From: Lingula anatina | Taxonomy: Eukaryota > Animalia > Brachiopoda | Length of the DNA stretch: 64,000 nucleotides | Reading direction: 5' to 3' | Assembly: GCA_051362555.1 (NCBI GenBank) | Contig: CM120642.1 | Span: 9,548,001 to 9,612,000, forward strand | In this document: positions 26,086 to 36,930 of the stretch, one piece after another | How positions within the stretch are numbered: position 1 is the first letter of the stretch | Layout: the number at the start of each line of letters is the position of its first letter | Position numbers and translations under genes: made by a program | Notes under the pieces: model-generated | Seen by the model: the letters and a program-made list of their open reading frames with translations, nothing else | The model's database searches: none | What the model was told of the DNA's origin: nothing

Positions 26086-27939
26086 ATACTTTTTCAATAA
26101 GCATTGGCGAAAGGTATGGCCCTCTTCCCTTGACAATTAGCTACAATTAATGGTGCTCCACTAATTAGTGGCACTCTCGTTTACCAATATCGCTTGCAAG
26201 TTGCACAAATAATTTGAAGGTATATGTGCCCTAACCTGGATTTTCAAACCAAATCTAATTTTCCACGAGAATAAACAGCAATTTTCCCTTACTCGCTAAC
26301 CGTTACTTCACCCAACGTCCGTGCACTTGATCAGATGCTTTATACCATTATTAGATAATTTAGTTCTGAAGGTCCTTTAACCGCCATGTTATAGGGAGAC
26401 TACAGTCATGGTTATGTTGACAGACTAACCGGGCTCTATTTGACGCCTTTGTTCCACTTTTTCTCGATATATGGACTGTTCATATGGGCGGTATAATGTT
26501 AAGATTGCTCAGTACACAGAAATCATCCCGACACAACAACCACTACATGTCTGTGCCCACTTTCTTACCTCATGGTTAATGTGATTCGTCTAGCTTCCCT
26601 GGCTAGCCTTCCGCAAGTCTTTCTGCGGAACACGTGATTGCACGTTTTACCTCGGTCCTATAGCAAGTACACTTTGGTCAATACAGTTCGCGAGGGCCTG
26701 CGGTTATTGGAAGATTGGAGTTGAAGTCACCGCACCTGAAACTGAAACAATCTCCTCCTTTTCTATTATACAATCTTGCAGCACAAGTATTTATAAAGAC
26801 GCTGGTTTTTAACTGATTTATTTTTACAAATCTGTCATGAAAAATCGCTTAGGTCCCTTTCTAAAGAAGCAGCATAAGATAAGAAGCTCACCGTGCCCAC
26901 ACCCAAGTTCCTATGCATGTGAAAAGTAAATACTGGGTCGGTATATTGGTAAAAACAGTAACATAGCAGTGAACTATCTTGCCTTTAAGGGAACTGATTT
27001 ATATTAGGAAAAGTTTATGTTTGCGAAAAACGCACCGAAGGAACCGTCCGAAGAAATCAGAGCTTGCCAAAAAGTTTTGTAGTGGATTAAATCGGTTTTA
27101 CATGGTCTACTTTAACGCTGGCATTCAAACTTTTCACTACAATAAATAATGCATAAAGTGTGCCCCTGTGTGAACAAAACGTATTTTTGCAATCAGTAAG
27201 ACTTTTGTAAATCCTATTAATAACAATCTGACTATGGATTACAATTTGGTATTCTTTCAGGATTATTGATAAATTAAAGAGCATTTTGTTCAAGACCTTC
27301 TAAGTGGCTAGATAGATGCAGTGCATATTTGAACTGGCCACAAACAATGTATATAAGGTAGAACAAATGTGTACATCCAAATCTACTCTTTCCCATTTAT
27401 TGCAATGGATTGATCACAGCTTTAGTTTGTTTGCTCATCTATGTTAAGGTCAGATGCTAATTACCTTTACCTTCTCTCGTATAGATACTAGTATCAAACC
27501 AAACTGGAAATATTAATATGAATAATTTGGTAGGTAACCGTAGGTTGGTTGCCTGTGTCGTGCAATTCCTACACTGAGTATTAATTTCTTTTTAACAATA
27601 CATTACACACCCTTTTGATCCATAACTTCGTCAATTTAAAATAAGTTGTTCAACTTGGACAGAATTATAGTAATTTACAACAGTCTTGGCTTTGCATCTG
27701 TTTAATATGCATTTATGATTTAACAACTTAAATATTTGAAGCCAATGTGTGATCTGTCTTCAATCTCTCAGTAAGGATATGCATATACATATGATCGACT
27801 TACGTGTGTAACATATATGTGTGTTACAACACCAAATCATTACGTTTATTTTCCTACTTTGATTATAACTGAGTTACAAAAAGTGATTGATCATACTTGG
27901 CAATGTCAACAATTCAAACAAACTAAGTTTGCAAAGTAA

Positions 27940-28406
27940 TATATGTCTCTGAGAAGCTTTCAATCAACCATATTAGGATGCCGTTATTGCTGCCCAGTTT
28001 TAGGTACCAATGTTGTCTGTCCTCTACGCCTTGTTCTTAAAGTTTACTGTCCGGTGATGAAGCATAAGTCGGCCGTGAATGTCACTTTGTATTATGTATA
28101 GCATGGAGCTAACGCCAGCGTTGTTCCTTAGTATCAGTTGTACTAGGTAAAACAAATTGTCCTCGATGCTGAATGGCTCACTGAAATGGAAATAGTATCA
28201 TAGTAAACTTCCTATTTCCATAGTCAAATACACAAATACTGAGGCAATATACCTTATTTGTATATTGAAAAATGCATATTTTTCCCTTGCTGAAAAGGGC
28301 AAAGACATGGTTTTAATCAATACTTGTTTCCTCCTTACTCAGAAACTAGGTGTGAAAGTACCACGCACAGTATGGTGCAAGATCATGTTGCTCACTTTTA
28401 CCTCAT
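27940..28406 (-). pseudogene. Truncated subfamily B TRAF/MATH pseudogene
   Basis: ATG-AG|GTAAAA at 28406-28402 and acceptor tttcag| at 28180. Reads SEPFSIEDNLFYLVQLILRNN..., then a stop/frameshift, then WYLKLGSNNGILIWLIESF, after which homology ends. Confidence 0.75.
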
Positions 28407-28965
28407 GTCAAATGTGTTGTCACTTGCCTATCTCTAGTCTTTCTCATGAGTAGATAAGAGCAGGCAGCGGGCTATAATACTCTATCTGCACGTTGTACAC
28501 CCGTGAAAGGCACATACAAGGTACATACATTGTATATCTATGTACGTATGAATGGATGTGGCGGTATTACAAATATAAGGAAAATAATGCTGTGATTTAC
28601 CACAATTATTTTGATTGTGGTTAACCGCTTATTTTCCCGTTGATAATAATGTAGTATTTTTTCTACACGGTTCTCATCCTGACGGCAATAACTTGTCAAC
28701 ATCTTCATATCTTAGAATTGTTTAAAGAGTCACATGTATTAGTTAGGACATTTCTCTAACGTTGGGGTAAATATAAGTTAAATTGCTATGTGTGGTTTCG
28801 ATCTAGGATTAGGCAACATGTCATATTGATGTCACTGAGGGATCTTGCGCTCTTATGATTAATTTTTACTTAGCTATAGTTATGACAAATGTGTATATGT
28901 GTGTTTGATTTTTAAATTGACTTCAGCCTTAAGTAGGAAAATTTGTCTGCTGGAGTCTTTTCAGC

Positions 28966-30300
28966 CATGTTTATGTTTGAATTTTAACTTTCTTGTCCAT
29001 TTCAAATGATGGGTTTATAGATGCCAAATTTATAGTTAGTGAACCTTTTTTTTTTATAAAAAGCAGCATTATACCAAAGCAAAGTTAGCAATGCACATCA
29101 AGACAAAATTAGAACACACTGATAATATAAAGAATATGCAGATACATTATTGTTCAAACATATGCACTTTTCTTTAATTTCATTTTTGAAATCCTTTCCC
29201 CAATTCCTTATCTAAGATAATGTTGTTGAACACATATCACTATATGCCAGTATATATAATCAATATTTCATGTAATCAAGGGATAAACTAGAGTTATTAC
29301 TTAATGCTACAACTATTAGTTTAAACAATGCAATACTGAAATCAGAGTGCTTTTACAAATTTAATGTGAAAACACTGTAAATATTTATCACGATTATAGA
29401 AGACAGATAATAGACAATTCAGGAGTCCAGGACAATGAAAATCCAAGTTTAACAGGAAACCTCCAAATAAACTATTATAAAATATTGACATGCAAAAAGT
29501 TCTTAAATTTCTTGGAACTTGACACAATAATGAGAGGTTATTCTGAAGGAACATTTGTCTCATAGCAAAAACGATATGATATAGCAAATGTGAATAATAG
29601 GTTATCGCTAATAAATGACAGTAGCATATGTACACAGTGTTGTAACTTTTTAAGCAGGCTTAACCCAATAACAAAAATACCATTAATATTAATGATCCAA
29701 AGTGTTTCATCAAGTGCTCCTCTAAATGTTTTAGTATCCGAGTAAATCAGGCCCGTAATAAAAGGGGTAGTTGAAAAACGCCCTTTTTGTTGGAAAAAGA
29801 TCCGCTCCAGTTAAAATTTTATCTAGGTACACTATAGTTTTATGGTAAAAAAAAGAGTCCCCTTTTTGAAACTGCTGGACACGTGCCTGATAAATATTCA
29901 CAGCATCGTAAATGTGATTTGCACAAAGTGTCTGACTTAATTATACAATTCATTTGAACATACGCCTAACAAAATGCAATGCTGCATAATACTATTTCAA
30001 AACACTAAACCATCACCTCAGATATATGTACCAAACAACAACAAAAATCTGAATATACAGTTTCATCTAACTTAATATAACATACACTTTGATAAATAGT
30101 AAGTAAACAAACACATAAAGTCACTTAAAGTAATCCATAAAGTCACTTTATACTATCATTCAGGTCTTTGTGTGAATCAAACCAAACATTTTCCTTAAAT
30201 TTAGTTTGAGTCACACAAAACCACAGCAATAATACAGTTGTGATAATGATATTCATCGTAAGATGTTAAGTAGATCGATGGATTAGTTTGGGGGTAGGGG
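28966..30300 (-). repeat. Duplicate of the distal TRAF2 3' region (~41974-43988)
   Basis: Collinear shared strings: tttcttgtccatttcaaatgatggg, atgccaaatttatagttagtgaacc, ccaggacaatgaaaatccaagtttaac, ccatcacctcagatatatgtaccaaacaacaacaaaaatct and ctatcattcaggtctttgtgtgaatcaaacca. Confidence 0.9.
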
Positions 30301-30430
30301 ACAGTTAACTAGTGTCCTAGATTTGATAATACAACCCTGGACAGAATGTTACTAATTAAAATTGGACTCACTTGTTTAAGTACTTAAATGCTTTTTTTTA
30401 ATAGTGCTCTTATGTTTAAGAAAGTATCTT

Positions 30431-31599
30431 TTAACTTTGAATAGTGCATTCAATCCACAGTGTTCCTTCAACTAAACACCCACGTTCCAATATGTCACTG
30501 GTCTGTATGGCGACCAAATCTATCTTGGGGTTTTCCTCTGACACCGGCTGCTGTAGCCCCACGATCTGGCTCAAGTCAGCCTCTTTAAAATCAAGTTCCT
30601 TTTCGAATTTCAATGGTTGGTCGAAAGCTGTGATGATACCAATACGGATAACGGGTCGAAACGGCCATTCCAGCGCCCCGTCGTGCTCACCTTTTTGGAC
30701 TCGCAGAGAGAATGACAGGCGCTGGCCTTGGTCACCTTCAAAGTGAACATTCAGGCGAACTGCATAGCCTTGGGGGCTTGTCTTTAACAGAGGGGACTCC
30801 ATGAACACGCGTTTTCTCGATGTTCGTACAAAGTCTTCAATCTTCCAAACTATGGTGCCTTTGTCGCTGCCCAGTTCTAGGTCCCAAAGCCGTCTGTTAC
30901 GTCGTAAAATTTCTTCATCTTGTATTTGGCTTCTACGGACAAGTGAATAGATGGAAGTTGCCTGTTGAAGAAGTATCAGACGGTCGTACATCTGATCGCA
31001 GATGGCTCTTTGGGTAGCGCATAGCAGTAGTAGTAGTAGGAAACACACATAGTCCTCGGAACTGAATGGGTCACTGGAATGGGTATCGCAGTTTATATAA
31101 CCGATAACATTTTCAATAATTTTGATAGCTACGTTTTCCGTTGTTCATGTACACTAACACAATAGAACCATTTTAAAAAAGTACATAGCACGTCTCTTGG
31201 CACGAAAGGGTTGAAAGCACCAAATGAAGTTTGATTCAAATGTGGTTTTACGGCATCAAAACGATAATATTAGATCTTATCAGCAGTAACAAGAGCGTTC
31301 CGTAAAAAATGTATTTTAGAAAATGCTGTCTTGGGGTAATGCTAAGAAGTTGCCAAGGAAATATCCAATTTTTGGATGTCGAGGAATATCTTTCCTCAGT
31401 CTGAAGATTCTTGCTCTTCATTCTAGCCTGACAGTTAACCGTTAGCTCACATGGTTACTGAACTCACTGTAAAATGTACCAACTTCAGTATTAACATCAG
31501 AAATGTATTCTACAACCCCTAAAACATAAGAAAAGACATATGACACACTATATTGGTTTCTAAAATATGAGAGAACCTCCTTAAGCTTACTTACCTCAT
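30431..31599 (-). CDS. RING-less TRAF/MATH-domain protein, subfamily B copy 2 (~215 aa), with hydrophobic signal-like N-terminus
   Basis: ATG-AG|GTAAGT at 31599-31595 plus exon 31073-30431 after acceptor ccattccag. Gives MSDPFSSEDYVCFLLLLLLCATQRAIC... followed by a MATH domain nearly identical to that of the 22742 ORF. Confidence 0.85.
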
Positions 31600-32896
31600 G
31601 CCGATTTGCCACTGTTATGACTTTCTCTAGACCTCGACTTCCTTCATTCAAGTTTTTCAATGCGATTAATGATAGAGCTCCTAAATGCTCAATTAAATGA
31701 GCCCAAGTGATCACATGACACAGCAAGCTCAGCGTTGACTCTAAAGGTCAACAAGTCTAATGTAAGTAATATTGACAGCCACGAGTCAAATGCCGGGAAG
31801 GTGTTACAGACTGACTGAATTGATTGACATGACCTCGTCCTGCTTAAGCGGAGAATGTATAAGTAGGCTATGTAAGAAATTGAAGGTAGAAGAAGAAATG
31901 TAGATAAGGTAGTTGGGAAATGACAAAAAAGAATATGAAAGGACATGAAAGTTGTTTAGTTCTTACCTCACGTCAGTAAGATAAAGCCAATACCATCGTG
32001 ACCCTGTATATATACAGTGTATATCACTGTATAGATGGTATACAATCTCCCCTCATACCAGGCCTGCTACGTGTGTTACAGAATGTGGAAATAGGCCTAC
32101 ATATATTATACATTTTGAGAACTTGGTTTTCTACACGGTTCTTATCCCGGCGGCAATCACTTTTCAATATCTTCAGATTTTAAAATTGTTATGAGGGTCA
32201 AGCAGCTTCTTTAGAGCATTCCTTTAATTACTATGCCTGGTTACGATCTAGGATTAAGCAACACGTCACTGAGAGATCTTGCGCTCCTAAAATTAGTTTT
32301 TACTAAGCAATATTTATGCCAAATCTGTGAAAATTACGCACCATCCAAAACAAAGTGCAAATTTATATAGAGCCATCCGAAGAAAGTCCGAATTTATATA
32401 GCCTGTTCTAACGCAGGCTTTCAAAAATTCAATACAAAAATATGCATAAATTGTCCCCCCCCCCCCCCCACTTAGATAAAACATTTATTTAATTCTTTTT
32501 GCAAATTCTCATTGCATTCATTTTTCCATTAATAACAAACTGTGAATATAGGTTAAAAATAGGTTTTTCATATTTGGTCCAAATTATTTATAAATTAAGA
32601 AATATTTTGTTCAAAGAGTTCTAAAGTAATCGTTACGGTATGATTGTTATCCAATTCCAATTGAAAATGCCATTTTGCGACTAGATAACTTCAGTGTATA
32701 TTTGGACTATCATATGGCTACATACACTGCATTTCCTTATGATTATTAAGCAAGAACAATTGTGCATATTCCAACTAAGGAAGATCTTTATTCGCTAAGG
32801 CTCCTTCCCGCTGATTGTGACAGCTTAATTGTTGCTTTCTTTTCTATTGATCTATCACTATGTCGCCTTGCAGTTCAAATCACAAAAACTGAATGT

Positions 32897-33064
32897 CGGC
32901 CCGTAGCCAGCAATTTCAGAAGGGGAGTTCTTTTTCTGAAGAAGTGGACCTTTTTCCATAAAAACCTCATGTACCTAGATCAAATATTACCCAATGTGGA
33001 CCTTTTCCCAGCAAAAGGGGAATTCATTCGAACCCCCCGAACCCCCCTCCCTGGCTACGGGTCG
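32897..33064. mobile_element. MITE with 6-bp target-site duplication
   Basis: TIRs cggcccgtagccag / ctggctacgggtcg, flanked by gaatgt on both sides. A related element lies at 50613-50770. Confidence 0.7.
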
Positions 33065-33806
33065 GAATGTTGCCCCTTTTTCAGGTTGTGTCAGTACAAC
33101 ACATGCAGTATGACCCACTTTAACACGTACTGTTTACTTATGATGTAAAATATTGTAAATTAGTCTTCTAATAATGGTAAAACACGATTTTTATTTCATG
33201 TTCCTTTCAAGATAAAAAGTATGGTTAACATGGTTTGAAATTAGGTTGCACGTAAACTTCTATGCCATCAAACCGGCGGCTTCTTATCATATATATTTAT
33301 TAAGCTGGTAAAGATACTTTACAAAGAAGTGGACAAAACTTGGAACAGTGTCATCATTTTGACTGGCAGCAGTCTGTTAGTGCTACATGCCACCACTATA
33401 GGTGTATGAGGTATCACCTACACAAATTATTACAAGTGAAAATAATTGTATTTGTTATTCAAAATTAATGACCATACTTTGCAATTATGTATCAAGATGA
33501 TGGGTTTTCAAACTGCAATTCTTGTTTTTCCGAATCCCTTACTCCATTGATGTTGTATATTTAATTGAATGTGAAGGAACATTTGTCTCATAGCAAATAT
33601 CGATATGATATAGCAAATATGAATACTGTAAATAAAGTTCGCTCACACTTTTTATTCATTAAAAAGACATCAAAACGTCAAAAGAACCATCTAAACAAGC
33701 CCAAGCTTGTATAAACACCCTTCTGTTGGTTATGGCCACAGTTATCCATTAAACACATTCGAATATTTCGTCCAGCCTAGGGTTTTATAAAAATTGTGCA
33801 TAAATG

Positions 33807-34491
33807 TCAAATTAAGTTCTTTGTGATGAACTGCACATTACAGTTAATATACAGTTCCCCTTCAACCAGCCAGCCGTTGTCCTTTATATCCCTGACAGCC
33901 ACGTCGAATAGGGGGCCAATCATTCGGTTCTCATTCTGTTCAGGTTGGACCAAAGTTTCAGGTGGGAACAGTGCCAAGTGCTCCGCTGTATCAAACTCGA
34001 CTTTTCGTTGGAATACGGTGTTTCTGGGGTGTAGCGCGGTGATGATTTCAACCCCAATCTTGGGTTTGGCAGGCCACTCCAGTATTGCATCATACTCTCC
34101 TTTCTTAATGACCATCCATAGTGCCATTCTATCTGTCCCTTTGTTGTAAAAGAAGAGACGAAACTGGGCTTTGTAGTTGCTATGGTAGACAAATTCGGAA
34201 TTTATATCATCCCCTAACTTTTGATCACTGGTGTCAAGAAAATTGGGAATCGACCAAAGAACTTTGCCATCACGGTTGCCTACAGGAAGGTTGTGAAGCC
34301 TCTCAGAAGAACGAGCTAAGAAGGCGTCTGCCTCTGCGTTCCTGTGCTCTAACCAGACAAGCCTCTGGGAAGAACTGGCAAGTGCACAGCGCAACTCTTC
34401 CTCTTCCATAGAAAAACCATGGAGGCGAAGTTTTAACTCTCTGAGACGTTGCACAAGATATTTAACTTGTTCAGAAATATCTATGTTGTCA
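33807..34491 (-). CDS. RING-less TRAF-like protein (coiled coil + MATH), subfamily A copy 2; main exon
   Basis: 685-nt exon after acceptor ttttcttcag, same length and frame as 16063-15379 with no indels. First exon not securely located (candidate ATG-AG|GTGAGA at 38181-38177). Flanks ~33215-35290 duplicate ~14625-16870. Confidence 0.85.
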
Positions 34492-36699
34492 CTGAAGAAA
34501 AAAAATTGTTCATCAGATTATAGTAGGTTAACTGGTTAGATAATATTGTTAAAATGAAAATCGAACTACCATGTTACACCCAATTTAAGGTGTCCACGCC
34601 AGTTCTTCAAAAGCATAGATATAAACTGAAAATATTTCGTAATTTTCATCGAACTATATATTGCAGTTTTAAGCTGCAATTAATTTTTGCAAATCTTAAA
34701 CTTGATAACATGTTCTGCAACTCGAAAAAGCAATGTACCCTGTGGGAAATATAATATCACCAATATAGGTGCAACTGTCTATCAAATATCATATTCTTAG
34801 CTAAAATTCTTTGTAAAATGCATAATAATCGCACAATAAATTTAATGTCACTATTTGATGATCATTCACTGCTTATCTATCTGTAATGCGTAAGGGCAGT
34901 TGCCATGCACTCTTTTATAATAAGTACACTTCTTATGCTGATTTTATTTCAAGAATTCAATTATCTTGCAGTGGTTGTAATTAATGACCCGGTTAATGTA
35001 TATATTTCCTAACGGATTAAAGATAATACAGGCAAAAACGAAAGTATTATTCCTTGATAATGAACAGGTAATAAACACCTGTTCGCATTAAATAAGTTAT
35101 ACTGAAGTTATTCTCTTTTAAATAATATATAGATGATTTTTTTCGTTAAAGAGAGACATGTACATTACATCAAGAACCTGCTTGTGAAGATTAATTGGGT
35201 ATGACATTAAACATACTGCTAGAGACATGAGGTATTTGGTGTCATTTATATATTAAGGACATTGTTAATTGATCCGTGCTATTTTGGTGGATATTTATAT
35301 TCTGTTGTACAGATTATGCTATATTACCTTGATAATTAATACAGCTTTCTACTTCCACGCTACATTTTCCACAGTCTTCCTAATTGAAGAATGTTTGAAA
35401 GTCAGTATTTAAATCAAGAAGCACAATTTGTGTTAATCTTTCTCAATTGTGCGTCTTGGTTTGTGGAAAATGGTCACTTCACATGTATCCGTTCTTATCA
35501 TTATCTTCTCCTATCACAATAATTGACTAGCTAGATAGTGAAGTTTTGAGATAAGTTTTCAGATAAATTGACCAAATAATCCGCTCACAATAAGTACTAT
35601 AGTGGTTAAAGGTCTTCACATGAGGTGGCTTGCTCTGAGAAAATTCTTGTTAAGATCTGGTATATCCGAAGAAAGCATTGTAGAGAATGGGACTCGACGC
35701 CCAATTTTGCTTTACTCCCGCGCCTGAAATTATTGACCAAAGCGAATTGTATCGTGGTGCATTTCCCTATGGCATGAACTCCTAGGAATAAGTGTACCCT
35801 GGGAATGCATGTCCTGTCTCCCATTCCCATTCCTTTTGTCGTGACACACAATTTCCTGGGATTAATGTCCCGCGGACACCTATTACTTACTATATATTCA
35901 GTATTAGTCAATCATTATTGAAATCATTATTGACATTATTGTTCTTTTTTTTGCTGGATCAATACATTGAAATATAATAAAGTTTATGCCCCTTTCCACA
36001 ATCAAGCAACGATTTAGCTGTTTCACGTTCATTTAATTGCAAGTTGACAGTCAATTGTTAACAGGGTAAAATTAACTTAATTGTTATTTAGATAAATCTA
36101 TTCGAAATAGAAGATCCAGAAAACATGGGTTGCAGCTTTAAAACCCAGCGGCATTGAATCAATTTACATCTGTGAGGTGATCATTTGTATATAAAAGTAC
36201 ATGGAAATGGGGGTGGGACAACCTCTTTGATCAATGAATAAAAAGTTTAAGGTTCTGTATTAAACCTGATACAGATAAAAGCTGCATGAAGTTGTTTACT
36301 GCCTTAAAAAAACTGAAAGATTGGATTTGCTTGGTAAAAAGCTGAAAAAAATATGTGAGCTGGGTGATAGTCACTGTTTTATTTGCTGCCTTCTCAAGAT
36401 AAATAAATTAAATAGGGGTAAGATCTGTCCCTGTCATTTGCTGTATTTATCCACAGTTGCACGCCCATATACCATAAAATAAACGTGTAAGTTCAAATTC
36501 TTTCCCTGTAAAAGTCCTGTAAAAGTTCGTTAAAATGTACAGATTCCTTTGTTAAAAAGTACATTCCCTGTCTTGCTTTTTCCAAATCTTTCATGGTGTT
36601 ATCACTCCAGGTAAGACTATTGTTCAATTGGACCTCTTTACGAAAAACACTTTTTGTCATTCAAAAGTATATCTGCGATCAACAGACCAATCTTTTATT

Positions 36700-36930
36700 C
36701 ATTTCTTTTGAATCAAACAATCCCCTTTTTGAAAATAGATATGTAGCGCTGTTATAACCTCAATCTCAATCTTGTATGGTTTATATGATTCTATAACTTT
36801 TGAACAAGGTAGCAAGAAAAATGGGAATCGTCTAAAGAATAATGCCGACACGGTTGACAAATAAAAGGTTGTTAAGCCCCTCAGTAGCATTTGCTTAAGT
36901 GGCGTCTGCCCCTTCGTTCTTGTACGCTAA
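36700..36930 (-). pseudogene. Highly decayed subfamily A relic
   Basis: cacggttgacaaataaaaggttgttaagcccctcagtagca...ggcgtctgccccttcgttcttgt parallels 15843-15922. KIEIEVITALH..FQK parallels KIAVEIITALD..FQRK. Confidence 0.65.
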
